Assembly: GCA_902494715.1 (NCBI GenBank)
Contig: CABUUJ010000001.1
Span: 11,366-75,365 of the forward strand
Direction: 5' to 3'
Source: an uncultured Collinsella sp.
Lineage (GTDB): Bacteria > Actinomycetota > Coriobacteriia > Coriobacteriales > Coriobacteriaceae
Length of the DNA stretch: 64,000 nt
This document shows, one piece after another, positions 10,059 through 19,397 of the stretch. Made by a program: the position numbers and the translations under genes. The notes beneath the pieces are model-generated. The model searched no databases and was not told the origin of the DNA. It saw only the letters and a list, made by a program, of their open reading frames with translations. Position 1 is the first letter of the stretch, and the number at the start of each line of letters is the position of its first letter.

Positions 10059-12800
10059 ATGGACAAGACCGCACAGGACAGCTTGGCAAAGAAGCCCGTC
10101 GACATGAGGGACAGGATTCTCGAGCATCTCGAGGCCCTCACCTCTGCCGTCTCGCTCGACGACCTTGCCCGTCTGTCCACCTCCGACATCGCCGAGACGC
10201 TCATCATCTCCAGGAGTCTGGCGAGCCAGTACCTCAACGACCTTGTTCGCGCCGGCCTTGTGGTTAAGGTGGCGGGCAGGCCTGTCCGTTATTTTCATCG
10301 CCGCGCGTTCCAGAAGCGTTTTCAGGTAAAGCTCTCTGCAAGCGAGTACGCCTCGCTCGCCGACCTCATCCAGGCGACGGGAATCGCCGATCACCGTGAC
10401 TTCGCGCGTGCCGTGGGCTTTGACCTGAGCCTCAGCTCCGTTGTCGAGCAGTGCAAGGCTGCGGTTCAGTACCCTCCGTTTGGCCTACCCATCCTCTTGA
10501 GCGGCGGCGTGGGTGTCGGCAAGTCTTTCCTTTCTCGTCTTGTGTACGAGTACGGCAAGAACCAGGGCTTGCTGTCCCGCGACTCCTCCTATGTGCGCAT
10601 CGACTGCGCCGGGGTCCCGGACGCCGCCTCGTTCAACGGGCTTCTTGACGAGTCGATCGCGAAATCGCGCGGGGGTGTGGTTTTTGTCAACGGCATCGAG
10701 GCACTCTCTCCCTCTGCGATGGAGCACTGCCTTGCGACGGCCCTCGGGCTCGATGCCTCCCAGGATGCGCCGCGCGCTCGCCTCGTTCTTTCGACGACGC
10801 TTTCCGCCGATGACCTGAAGGTTTCCTCGGCCTACAGCAAAATGCCCATCTGTGCCCGCGTCCCCTCACTCAAGGAGCGGACCCCCGAGGAGCGCGAGGA
10901 TCTCATCTTGAGCTTCCTGCGCAGCGAGGGGTGCCGAATCGGTTCTGATGTGAAGATCAGCCGCGGCGCATACCGTTGCCTCGTGAACGCGGACTTTTCC
11001 GATAACATCGCCGGCTTGCGCGCCTGCGTGACGAACTGCTGCGCCAAAGCGTTCCTCAATCGCGAGGGCGACTACGTCGTCGTTCGCCCGTATCTTCTTC
11101 CCAGCGGGCTCCTCTCCTCCGCGCAGATTGATCAACAGCCCGACGATGGCGTTCTGATCGACGCGTCCCTGGATGCCGCCGAGAGCACAGGGCCGGTCGA
11201 GCAGGCGCTCGATGCCCTGTGCTCTCTCGATGAGCGATTCTGCGCCGGGGAGCTCTCTGCCTCCGAGCTCGTCTCGCAAGCTGTCTCCGCTGTGCGCGGC
11301 GTTGAGGATCACTTGATCTTCGGCCGCGGCGTTACCTCCTCGAGGTCGCGCGCCTTCGAGCGCATCGTGGGCGCGGTCCTTTCCGACGCAGGCTCTTCTT
11401 ATGGCATCGAGCTTTCGAGGAAGGTCGCTTTTCTGCTGGCCCAGGAGATTTGCCTGCAGTTGTGGCCGGGCATCGGCCTGGCTAAGCGAAAGTCTGCCTG
11501 TGCGGAGCAAATCTCCCATCTCCTCGGTGCCGTGACCTCCGAATTGCCGTTTGCCTCGAGCGTCTCCGATCAGGTCGCCGCAGACGTGGAAGGGGCGCTG
11601 GGAATCTCGCTCGATCACTTCACGAAGACGCTTCTGACGCTGTGCGTCGCATCGGAGTCTCGCGACGCGAAGGCCCTTCGAACGCTCTGCGTCATCTTGT
11701 CCCACGGCTACTCAACGGCGACGAGCATCGCCGACGCGGCGAACCGTATGCTCGGCATGCATGTGTACGAGGCGGTCGACATGCCCTACGACCAGCAGCT
11801 GAAGGACATCGTCGGTCCGCTCCAGCGCCTCGTCGACCGCCATTCCTACTGCACCGGGGTCGTGTTCCTCGTCGACATGGGCTCCTTGGAGGAGGCCTAT
11901 AAGGCCCTCGAGAACGTTACCGACTCCACTATCGGCGTGGTGAACAACGTCTCTACCGGTCTTGCGCTCGAGATCGGGATCGGGCTGCTCGGCGGCAAGT
12001 CCATCGCCGAGGTTCTTGGCGATGCGACCGCCGCGTGCGTGACGCACTGCAAGGTGATCGAGCGCGTCAACCGTGAGGACGCCATCGTCTTCTGCTCCGA
12101 GTCCGGGGTCGACGCCGCGGAGAGGATACGCCAGCTCGTCTCGCAGAGCCTCCCGCGCACCATAGGCGCGCGCCTGCTCACGAGGCCCTTCAAGCAGCTC
12201 GTCGCGAACGGGTCGAATGACGCCGTTTTCTCCGAGCACCGCGTCTGCGCCGTCATCGGCACGGGAGACCCCGGGGTCGCCTCCGTCCCCTTCGTCGCCC
12301 TCGAGGACATCATGTCGACGGCGTCCGCCTCTAAGGTTGATGCCGTGTTCGGCAGGTGGCTTGACGCTTCCGAGCTCTCTTCTTTCCACGAGAAGCTGCT
12401 CTCGAACATGACGCTGCAGAACGTCATCCGCTCCATCACCATCCTCGACCCGGAGCGGCTATTCCACGAGATCGAGAGCGCCGTGCACGAGCTTCAGCGC
12501 AGGACAGGCGAGAAGATCGGCAGCAACGCCATCATTGGGCTCTACGTCCACCTCTGCTGTCTCGTCGAGCGCCTTGTTACCAGAAACCCCATTGAGACCT
12601 ACGTTGGTCAGGACCGCTTCGAGGAGGAGCGTGCCGATTTCATCGAGTCCTTCAGGCAGAGCTTCTCGAGCATCTCGACGCGCTATCGCGTAGAGGTTCC
12701 CGTAAGCGAGATCGCATATGTCTTCGACTACATAAGCGTGAGCGCCGCCCCGGCGCGAGAAGAGCGCCTCGGCTCCTCGGACCTCCTGCTCGACGAGTGA
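10059..12800 (+). CDS. LevR/ManR-like PTS regulation-domain transcriptional activator with a degenerate AAA+ module
   Basis: 913 aa. Domains in order:
- N-terminal wHTH.
- Walker A GGVGVGKS.
- PRD-like segments.
- EIIA(Man)-like segment LCVILSHGYSTATSIADAANRMLG.
- C-terminal PRD (IIGLYVHLCCLVERL).
I see no GAFTGA loop, and the Walker B position reads VVFVNGIE. Confidence 0.8.
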   Translation: MDKTAQDSLAKKPVDMRDRILEHLEALTSAVSLDDLARLSTSDIAETLIISRSLASQYLNDLVRAGLVVKVAGRPVRYFHRRAFQKRFQVKLSASEYASLADLIQATGIADHRDFARAVGFDLSLSSVVEQCKAAVQYPPFGLPILLSGGVGVGKSFLSRLVYEYGKNQGLLSRDSSYVRIDCAGVPDAASFNGLLDESIAKSRGGVVFVNGIEALSPSAMEHCLATALGLDASQDAPRARLVLSTTLSADDLKVSSAYSKMPICARVPSLKERTPEEREDLILSFLRSEGCRIGSDVKISRGAYRCLVNADFSDNIAGLRACVTNCCAKAFLNREGDYVVVRPYLLPSGLLSSAQIDQQPDDGVLIDASLDAAESTGPVEQALDALCSLDERFCAGELSASELVSQAVSAVRGVEDHLIFGRGVTSSRSRAFERIVGAVLSDAGSSYGIELSRKVAFLLAQEICLQLWPGIGLAKRKSACAEQISHLLGAVTSELPFASSVSDQVAADVEGALGISLDHFTKTLLTLCVASESRDAKALRTLCVILSHGYSTATSIADAANRMLGMHVYEAVDMPYDQQLKDIVGPLQRLVDRHSYCTGVVFLVDMGSLEEAYKALENVTDSTIGVVNNVSTGLALEIGIGLLGGKSIAEVLGDATAACVTHCKVIERVNREDAIVFCSESGVDAAERIRQLVSQSLPRTIGARLLTRPFKQLVANGSNDAVFSEHRVCAVIGTGDPGVASVPFVALEDIMSTASASKVDAVFGRWLDASELSSFHEKLLSNMTLQNVIRSITILDPERLFHEIESAVHELQRRTGEKIGSNAIIGLYVHLCCLVERLVTRNPIETYVGQDRFEEERADFIESFRQSFSSISTRYRVEVPVSEIAYVFDYISVSAAPAREERLGSSDLLLDE

Positions 12801-12923
12801 CCTTCCCCGCGCCGCCGCAAGCTGACTGCGCGTCCTCAATAATCCGATAACCCCTTGCCCGGCGCGAATCCGGATAGCGCCGAGGCAGTACCGAACGTAA
12901 AACTTCATTTGATAGGAGCAAAC

Positions 12924-13397
12924 ATGAGTGTTGTTATGGCACGAATCGACAATCGCCTGCTTCACGGCATCATCGTGACGCAGTGGGCCCCGGTGTCGGG
13001 CGCGACCCGAGTCATGGTCATCGACGACAAGGTCGCCGGCGACGAGGTCCTGAAGTCCACTATGAGGATGGCGCGCCCCGCGGGCATGGCCGTCTCGATC
13101 ATCTCCGAGCAGACCGCGCTCAAGAACTTCGCGGCGGGCAAGTACGACCGCGAGAAGGTCTTTGTCATCGCCAAGGAGCCCGAGACGATCCTTCACCTGG
13201 TCGAGTCGGGCATCGAGCTCCCGTCGCTGATCGTCGGCGGCTCGCTCGTCAAGGAGGGCGGCGTCCAGCTCACCCAGCGCGCCTATGCCTCCGCCGAGAA
13301 CGTCCAGAGCTACAAGGCGCTCATCGCCCGCGGCGTCAAGGTGACGGCACAGTTCGTGCCCGCCGACAAGCCCGTCTCCGTCGCCGACCTCATCTAA
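12924..13397 (+). CDS. PTS mannose/fructose/sorbose-family EIIB
   Basis: Track ORF 12855..13397. ATG 12924 follows TAGGAG. MSVVMARIDNRLLHGIIVTQW carries the phospho-His motif of EIIB(Man). Confidence 0.9.
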   Translation: MSVVMARIDNRLLHGIIVTQWAPVSGATRVMVIDDKVAGDEVLKSTMRMARPAGMAVSIISEQTALKNFAAGKYDREKVFVIAKEPETILHLVESGIELPSLIVGGSLVKEGGVQLTQRAYASAENVQSYKALIARGVKVTAQFVPADKPVSVADLI

Positions 13398-13406
13398 GGA
13401 GGGATC

Positions 13407-14192
13407 ATGGTCAACTTCACTATCCTGCAGGTCGTCCTTTTGACCCTGCTGGCCTTCATCAAGCACGTGGACTACTACGGCATCCCGATGATCTTCGTCA
13501 ACTATGCCGTCTTCTGGGGCCTTATCACCGGCGTCGTCATGGGCGACTGGCAGACCGGCCTCGTCATCGGCGGCACCATCCAGCTCATGCAGCTCGGCGT
13601 CGCGGGCTTCGGCGGCTCGTCGATTCCCGACTACGGCACGATGGCCATCATCGCCACCGCCTACGGCGTGACCCTGGGCGCGGACACGGGCCTCGCCATC
13701 GGCCTGCCGGTCGGCATGCTCGGCATCCAGCTCGACGTCATCGTCAAGATCCTCAACGGCTTCGTCGTCGAGAAGTCCCAGAAGTTCTGCAACGAGGGTA
13801 AGTTCAATCAGATGAACGCCATCCTGTGGGTCTGCCCCGCGCTCTTCGGCCTGTGCGCCGCCCTGCCCGTCTTTGTCTCCGTGACGCTCGGCCAGCCCGC
13901 CGTCAACTGGCTCCTCGAGGTCATGCCTCAGTGGTTCCTCTCCGGCCTCACCCTCGCCGGCAAGATGCTCCCGGCCATCGGTATCGCCATGCTGCTCCGC
14001 TACATGCCCACCGGCAAGTACTTCCAGTACCTGCTCGTCGGCTTCTTCCTCTCGGCCTTCCTGAACGTGCCCATCATCGGCGCCGCCATCGTCGGCGTTG
14101 CCCTCGCGATCGCGTTCTACCAGCGTGCCGAGAGGGACACCGAGCTCGCCGCCCACGCTTCCGCAGACGCCTTCATCGGAGAGGATGAGTAA
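13407..14192 (+). CDS. PTS mannose-family EIIC
   Basis: 261 aa polytopic membrane protein (…GGTIQLMQLGVAGFGGSSIPDYG…) in the position and of the size of ManY/LevF-type IIC. Confidence 0.85.
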   Translation: MVNFTILQVVLLTLLAFIKHVDYYGIPMIFVNYAVFWGLITGVVMGDWQTGLVIGGTIQLMQLGVAGFGGSSIPDYGTMAIIATAYGVTLGADTGLAIGLPVGMLGIQLDVIVKILNGFVVEKSQKFCNEGKFNQMNAILWVCPALFGLCAALPVFVSVTLGQPAVNWLLEVMPQWFLSGLTLAGKMLPAIGIAMLLRYMPTGKYFQYLLVGFFLSAFLNVPIIGAAIVGVALAIAFYQRAERDTELAAHASADAFIGEDE

Positions 14193-14194
14193 CC

Positions 14195-15028
14195 ATGGAA
14201 AACGAGAACATCACCGCCGTCGCCGAGGGCAAGCCCTCCGGCTACAAGGTCACCAAGAAGGATCTGCGCAACGCGAACTGGCGCTGGCTCATGAGCGTGT
14301 GCACCTTCAACTACCAGACCCAGCAGGGCGCCTCAGTCGCCTACGCCCTCTCGCCGGTCCTGAGGAAGATCTACACGAACGACGAGGACTATAAGCAAGC
14401 GCTCAACAACCACTTCCGCTACTACAATACCCAGCCTTGGCTCGCCGCCATCATCCTTGGCGCCTGCGTGGCCATGGAGGAACGCGACGGCCTAGCGGCG
14501 GCGGACGCCGTCCAAGACCTGAAGATCGGCACCATGGGACCGCTCGCCGGCGTCGGCGACTCCCTGCTCATGACCATGATCCCGACCATCATGGGCTCCA
14601 TCGCCGCCTACATGGCCATCGAGGGCAACCCCGTGGGAGCCGGCATCTGGTTCGCGCTCATCCTGGCCATCTTCTGGGTCCGCATGCACGCCCTCGAGTT
14701 CGGCTACAAGCAGGGCGTGAAGCTCGTCACCGACTTCAGCGAGAAGCTTCCCAACCTCACTGCCGCCGCCTCCGTGCTCGGCCTCACCGTGGTCGGCTGC
14801 CTCATCGCCTCGGTCATCGGCGTCACCTGCCCGATTAGCTTCAGCTTCGGCGACGTCTCGATGGAGATTCAGCCGCTGCTCGACAAGATCCTGCCTGCCA
14901 TGATCCCCGCCGCCATCACGGGAAGCGCGTATTACCTTCTTACCAAGAAGAACGCGAGCATGACGGTCCTCATCCTCGTGGTGATCGTCCTCGCGATGGT
15001 CGCCTCCGCCGCTGGCATCCTCGCTTAG
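14195..15028 (+). CDS. PTS mannose-family EIID
   Basis: KKDLRNANWRWLMSVCTFNYQTQQGASVAYALSPVLRKIY...HFRYYNTQPW is a typical IID N-terminal region. It starts 3 nt after the IIC stop. Confidence 0.9.
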   Translation: MENENITAVAEGKPSGYKVTKKDLRNANWRWLMSVCTFNYQTQQGASVAYALSPVLRKIYTNDEDYKQALNNHFRYYNTQPWLAAIILGACVAMEERDGLAAADAVQDLKIGTMGPLAGVGDSLLMTMIPTIMGSIAAYMAIEGNPVGAGIWFALILAIFWVRMHALEFGYKQGVKLVTDFSEKLPNLTAAASVLGLTVVGCLIASVIGVTCPISFSFGDVSMEIQPLLDKILPAMIPAAITGSAYYLLTKKNASMTVLILVVIVLAMVASAAGILA

Positions 15029-15054
15029 CTTCGACCCAAGAGATTGGTGAATCA

Positions 15055-15453
15055 ATGAGAAAGATAGTTGTGGCGAGCCATTCCCTTCTCGCCCAGGGCT
15101 TCAAGGACACCCTCGAGTTCCTTACGGGTAAGAGCGACGCCGTCAACGCCGTGTGCGCCTACGTGAACGACAACGGCGAGGGGCTCGACGCGGCGGTCGA
15201 GGCGGCTCTTTCGGGCACTGACGAGGTTGTCGTCCTCACCGACGCGCTCGGCGGCAGCGTGAACCAGCGCTTCTCCCGCTTCGCCTCCGACCGGATCCAC
15301 GTGATCGCGGGTGTCAACCTCCCGCTCGCCATGACGGTCGCGCTCGCGCGCCCCGACGAGAAACTCGACTTCGACGCCCTCGTCGACGAGGCGCGCCAGC
15401 AGATCGTCTACGTGAACGGTGCCAGTTCCGCCGAGTGCGAAGACGACGAATAG
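15055..15453 (+). CDS. PTS mannose-family EIIA
   Basis: MRKIVVASHSLLAQGFKDTLEFL has the His in the position of the EIIA(Man) active site. 132 aa. Confidence 0.8.
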   Translation: MRKIVVASHSLLAQGFKDTLEFLTGKSDAVNAVCAYVNDNGEGLDAAVEAALSGTDEVVVLTDALGGSVNQRFSRFASDRIHVIAGVNLPLAMTVALARPDEKLDFDALVDEARQQIVYVNGASSAECEDDE

Positions 15454-15465
15454 AGGAGGTCGACG

Positions 15466-16590
15466 ATGAGAGAGTTCCTTAAGGACGTGTGGATGCACGG
15501 CGGTGAGGAAAGCCGCGCCATCACCCCCGAGAACATCACGGGCGAGAAGGGCCGTGCCGCCATGTCGGCCAGCCACCTCGGCGTCGGCCGCAAGGGCTCG
15601 TGCTGCGTGCCCCTTGAGTCCGGCGAGACCATCACGCTCGCGGACATCGAGGGCCCCGGCATCATCCGCCACATCTGGATGACCGTCCCCGACAAGACCG
15701 CCGCCGGCAGCTTCGTCATGCGCGACCTCGTGCTGCGCTTCTACTGGGACGACGAGGAGACCCCCTCGGTCGAGTGCCCTGTCGGCGACTTCTTCTGCAA
15801 CGGCTTCGGTGAGCGCGCCATCGTCAACTCGATGCCCATCTGCGTGAACCCGACGGGCGGCATGAACTGCTACTTCGAGATGCCTTTCAGGAAGCACGCC
15901 AAGGTCACGCTTACGAGCGAGCACCCCGGGTTCATTAAGTACATCTTCTACACGTTCAACTACGCGCTCACCGACGTGCCGGACGACGCCATGTACTTCC
16001 ACGCCCGTTTTAACCGCGAGCGCAGCACCCGCAGGGGCGTCGACTACACCGTGCTCGACGGCGTGCGCGGTAAGGGCTACTACGTCGGCACCTACATGGC
16101 CCTGTGCGCCCTGGAGCGCTATTGGTGGGGCGAGGGCGAGATGAAGTTCTTCCTCGACGGCGACGAGGAGTTCCCCACGGTCACCTCGACGGGAGCCGAG
16201 GACTACTTCGGCGGTGCCTGGGCCTTCCTCGACAGGCCGCCCCACGCGCTGCCCGAGGCGCAGTGCTTCAACACACTGTTCGCCGGCTACCCGTACCGCT
16301 CGACGCGCGACGCCACGCGCGACCGCTTCAGCGCGGGCAAGCCGAACCCGAACCCGATGCTCGCGACCAACGACGACGCGCTGCCCAGGCATGGCCTCTA
16401 CAGGTGGCACCTTCCCGACCCGATCTCGTTCAAGGAGGACCTGCGCGTGACGTTCCAGGACCTCGGCAACGACGACATCAAGCTCTATGAGCGCGAGGAC
16501 GACATCTCCACCGTCGCCTACTGGTACCAAAGCGAGCCGCACGCCGTGCTCGCCCCGTTTGCCGCAAGGCAGGACCGCGTGCCCAGGTAG
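15466..16590 (+). CDS. DUF2961 / glycoside hydrolase family 172-like protein, cytoplasmic
   Basis: 374 aa. GPGIIRHIWMT...LRFYWDDE...GDFFCNG...MNCYFEMPF...YFHARF...WWGEGEMKFFLDGD...TGAEDYFGGAW matches my memory of the DUF2961 (GH172) jelly-roll family. There is no N-terminal hydrophobic signal. Confidence 0.75.
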   Translation: MREFLKDVWMHGGEESRAITPENITGEKGRAAMSASHLGVGRKGSCCVPLESGETITLADIEGPGIIRHIWMTVPDKTAAGSFVMRDLVLRFYWDDEETPSVECPVGDFFCNGFGERAIVNSMPICVNPTGGMNCYFEMPFRKHAKVTLTSEHPGFIKYIFYTFNYALTDVPDDAMYFHARFNRERSTRRGVDYTVLDGVRGKGYYVGTYMALCALERYWWGEGEMKFFLDGDEEFPTVTSTGAEDYFGGAWAFLDRPPHALPEAQCFNTLFAGYPYRSTRDATRDRFSAGKPNPNPMLATNDDALPRHGLYRWHLPDPISFKEDLRVTFQDLGNDDIKLYEREDDISTVAYWYQSEPHAVLAPFAARQDRVPR

Positions 16591-16669
16591 GGTCGCCTCG
16601 AAACAAGCCAACGTTATGGGCGCCCGCGGTTGACCATGACTGCGGGCGTCCCTTTGTAAGGAGGATCAC

Positions 16670-17554
16670 ATGAGCGAAAAGCAAATGAGGCTCGGCGCCC
16701 TCGAGGCCGGCGGGACCAAGATGGTCTGTGCCGTGGTGTCCGGCGACGGCGAGGTCCTCGACCGTATGGAGACCCCGACGCTTATGCCCGCCGAGACCGT
16801 CCCACAAATGGTCGAGTGGTTCACCGCCCGTGATGTGAACGCGTTGGGCATCGGCGCCTTCGGCCCGACCTGCGTCGACCCCAACGATGAGCGCTACGGT
16901 TCCATCCTTCAGACGCCCAAGCTCGCGTGGCGAGGCTATGGTCTTCGCGCCGCGTTCGCCGACGCCCTCGGGATTCCGGTGGCCTACGACACGGACGTGA
17001 ACGTTGCCTGCCTCGGCGAAGTAGTCTTCGGCTGCTGCAAGGGGCTCGAGGACGCCGTCTACGTGACCATCGGCACCGGCGTGGGCGCGGGCGTCATGTG
17101 CGCGGGCAGGCTCCTTCACGGCATGCTGCACCCCGAGGCCGGCCACATGCTGGTAAGGACCCGTCCCACCGAGGAGGGACGCTGCGTCTGCCCGAGCCAC
17201 GCGAGCTGTCTCGAGGGCCTCGCCTCCGGCCCCGCCATCGCCGCGCGCTGGGGAAAGCCCGCGGCCGAGCTCGCGGACAACGCTGAGGTGTGGGCGCTCG
17301 AGGGGGATTATCTGGGGCAGATGTGCGCGAACCTCGTGCTCATGTACTCGCCTCGCCGTATCGTCCTCGGCGGCGGCGTGATGCACCAGGAGCAGCTCTA
17401 CGGCATCGTCCGCAAGAAGACCCTCGAATATCTGGGTGGCTACATCCAGACCGCCGAGCTTAAGGACATAGAGAGCTACATCTGCGCCCCGGGCTGCGGC
17501 GGCGACCAAGGAATCCTTGGCGCGGCCGAGCTGGCAAGAAGGGCGCTCGCGTAA
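16670..17554 (+). CDS. ROK-family sugar kinase (fructokinase-like)
   Basis: AAGGAGG RBS. MRLGALEAGGTKMVCAV..., a DTDVNVA..GE segment, and the Zn motif CVCPSHASCLEG. It resembles Mak/ScrK-type fructokinases. Confidence 0.85.
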   Translation: MSEKQMRLGALEAGGTKMVCAVVSGDGEVLDRMETPTLMPAETVPQMVEWFTARDVNALGIGAFGPTCVDPNDERYGSILQTPKLAWRGYGLRAAFADALGIPVAYDTDVNVACLGEVVFGCCKGLEDAVYVTIGTGVGAGVMCAGRLLHGMLHPEAGHMLVRTRPTEEGRCVCPSHASCLEGLASGPAIAARWGKPAAELADNAEVWALEGDYLGQMCANLVLMYSPRRIVLGGGVMHQEQLYGIVRKKTLEYLGGYIQTAELKDIESYICAPGCGGDQGILGAAELARRALA

Positions 17555-17586
17555 CTTGCGCTCTCTCCGCCATACAACGCGTTAAG

Positions 17587-17635
17587 AAAAGACGAGCGCT
17601 TCTTGCCAATTGGGCGGCAAGAAGTGCTCGTCTTT
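17587..17635. terminator. Strong bidirectional hairpin terminator between convergent genes
   Basis: aaaagacgagcgcttcttgcc / ggcaagaagtgctcgtctttt gives a stem of about 20 bp with one mismatch. A- and T-runs flank both sides. Confidence 0.8.
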
Positions 17636-17649
17636 TGCATTTTTGCCTC

Positions 17650-18480
17650 TCAAAATCTTATTTTCACGATTTGCATTTTCATCCCGTTGTCACCGACCCT
17701 TGCGAGAAACCGGAAAAAGCCGCTGACGGAAGGGTCTCTCAAATCGTTGTAACCCAGCATATGGCCGCGACTTGTGACCTGCAGACGGCTGTCCCACGCG
17801 CCGATTTCCTTGGCGGCATCCGAAACCGCAAAATATGCCCCCACATCCTTGATTTTTGCAGTCTTAAGCCATGTTTTTGCGATCATCTTTACTGCCGTCC
17901 GATTGGCAGCATCAAAGACCAGCACACCGCCGGGGAAAGCGTCCGCCATCTCCCGCACCAGTTCCCGGACCTGCTGGGTCAGAAAGTAATAGAACACCCC
18001 GGAGGCAAAGAACACCACCCCGCCGGAGGCATCGATTTTGCTAAACCATGCGGTGTCTTTCAGGTCACAGGGGATATTTTGTTCTCGATCCCCGGCGGGC
18101 AGTAGCTGCTGCCGCAAGGCAATCACATCCGGGAAGTCCAGATTGTAGATCTTGCATCTACCGTTGTCGCAGGTTCTGCCGGTGTTGTCCAGCCCGCAGC
18201 CCAGATTGACCACCGCCGCATTGGGGTGGCCTTTCAGGTAATCCCGCACCTCGAAAGCAAGATCACTCTGCCGTGTGGCCACCTCGAGCGCACCAAAGCG
18301 CTGCATCAGGCTGCGGGAGTTTTTCTCTGCCTCTGAAAAGTCGTAGTCGATTTGGTCGAGCAGACGAACCGCTGTTTCATCCCTATAAAGGTTCGGGTAC
18401 AGCTCCGTACACAGCTTCCGGGAATACAGCGGAAGGATCAGCGTCTCCTGCACGGTGTTTTTCTCAATTTTACATTTCAT
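17650..18480 (-). CDS. SAM-dependent O-methyltransferase (LCM / TcmP-like family)
   Basis: Track ORF 17650..18654. ATG 18480 (MKCKIEKNTVQETLILPLYSR) has a GAGGAAGG RBS. VVNLGCGLDNTG is SAM-binding motif I. Confidence 0.75.
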   Translation of the reverse strand: MKCKIEKNTVQETLILPLYSRKLCTELYPNLYRDETAVRLLDQIDYDFSEAEKNSRSLMQRFGALEVATRQSDLAFEVRDYLKGHPNAAVVNLGCGLDNTGRTCDNGRCKIYNLDFPDVIALRQQLLPAGDREQNIPCDLKDTAWFSKIDASGGVVFFASGVFYYFLTQQVRELVREMADAFPGGVLVFDAANRTAVKMIAKTWLKTAKIKDVGAYFAVSDAAKEIGAWDSRLQVTSRGHMLGYNDLRDPSVSGFFRFLARVGDNGMKMQIVKIRF

Positions 18481-18491
18481 AGGTTCCTTCC

Positions 18492-18746
18492 TCAGTGAAT
18501 AAAAACTGTCATAAGTGCCGCCGCCAGCACAGCCGCTATGACCGTCATGCCTATCGCCATGTGCAGGATGGATGCAAAAATGTTTGCCCCGCCGCCGCAG
18601 CCGCAATCCAGCACCTTGGCATTTGGCGCAAGTCGTAGAAATTGAAGTCCCCACTGCGCCACAGGGCTGTGGCCCAGATTCATCATGGCAACCATAAGTT
18701 TTCCGCCGAGTCCCACGGGCTTGCGGGTGTTTTCAAAGAACGACAT
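18492..18746 (-). pseudogene. Truncated class I SAM methyltransferase (N-terminal ~55 aa plus unrelated hydrophobic tail)
   Basis: MSFFENTRKPVGLGGKLMVAMMNLGH...KVLDCGCGGGANI is followed abruptly by FASILHMAIGMTVIAAVLAAALMTVFIH and a stop. A full-length member of this family would be more than twice as long. The next gene starts 12 nt downstream. Confidence 0.45.
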
Positions 18747-19362
18747 CTGGCCTCTCCGATTTCGTGCATTCCGCATAGGTCAACGGGAACGAGGCCTTCA
18801 GCACCGCGCTTTTCTGCACCGCCCAGCCGTTTTGACGCAGGAAACGTAGGTATTCCTCGCTTGTCCACCTGCTGTGGAGGGGGAATCCCGCCATACTCAT
18901 GAAAAAGGCTTTTGCCTTGCCGGAAACCGAGTTTCCCGCGTGGGTGAAGGTTGGCGCGATGAGCACGCCGTCGTCCTTCAGCACCCGCCTGATTTCTTGT
19001 AGGGCCTTTTCCGGATGCGGCACTATGTGAAGCGCGTTGGACGCGATCACCACTTCGAAGGACTTCTGTGCATAGGGCAGGCGGAACATATCTTGTACGG
19101 AAAAGTGCAGCTTTGCGGATTGATTGTCCCGCTTTGCTTCAAGGATCATCTTTGCAGAAGCGTCTGTAGCTTCGATGTGTGCCGCCGCATTCACGATGCT
19201 CTTTGCGATAAGCCCCGTGCCGGTGGCAACCTCCAGTACGGTTTTTGCTTTCACTACCGGCCTGATCAGCTCATACATCTTCTCATACGCCGCCCGGTCC
19301 TTTCGCATGAAACGGTCGTACCGACCGGCATTCTTGTCCCAGAAGCCCTTGCGTCCGTGCAT
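18733..19362 (-). CDS. Class I SAM-dependent methyltransferase
   Basis: Track ORF 18733..19377 begins at a TTG. ATG 19362 gives MHGRKGFWDKNAGRYDRFM... Motif I is VLEVATGTGLIA, with DDGVLIAP later. Confidence 0.8.
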   Translation of the reverse strand: MHGRKGFWDKNAGRYDRFMRKDRAAYEKMYELIRPVVKAKTVLEVATGTGLIAKSIVNAAAHIEATDASAKMILEAKRDNQSAKLHFSVQDMFRLPYAQKSFEVVIASNALHIVPHPEKALQEIRRVLKDDGVLIAPTFTHAGNSVSGKAKAFFMSMAGFPLHSRWTSEEYLRFLRQNGWAVQKSAVLKASFPLTYAECTKSERPDVVL

Positions 19363-19379
19363 GGCTGTCGCCCCCAAAC

Positions 19380-19397
19380 AGTTAGAGCTATCTAACT
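19380..19397. promoter_or_regulatory. 7-bp perfect inverted repeat upstream of the methyltransferase operon
   Basis: AGTTAGA-gcta-TCTAACT lies 18 nt upstream of ATG 19362. Confidence 0.4.

Noticed and set aside
12801-12923. Searched for a sigma-54 (-24 TGGCAC / -12 TTGC) promoter upstream of the Man-PTS operon
   Set aside because: I could find no acceptable match. The nearest candidate, GGCAGTACCGAACGT, lacks the -12 element. This absence is used as supporting evidence in the LevR finding rather than reported as a feature.
12459-16611. Long minus-strand ORFs 12459..14156 (565 aa) and 15052..16611 (519 aa)
   Set aside because: They are antisense to the PTS IIB/IIC/IID/IIA and GH172 genes, which have clear family motifs and RBSs. 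The shadow products are low-complexity (D/E/G/A/R/H-rich).
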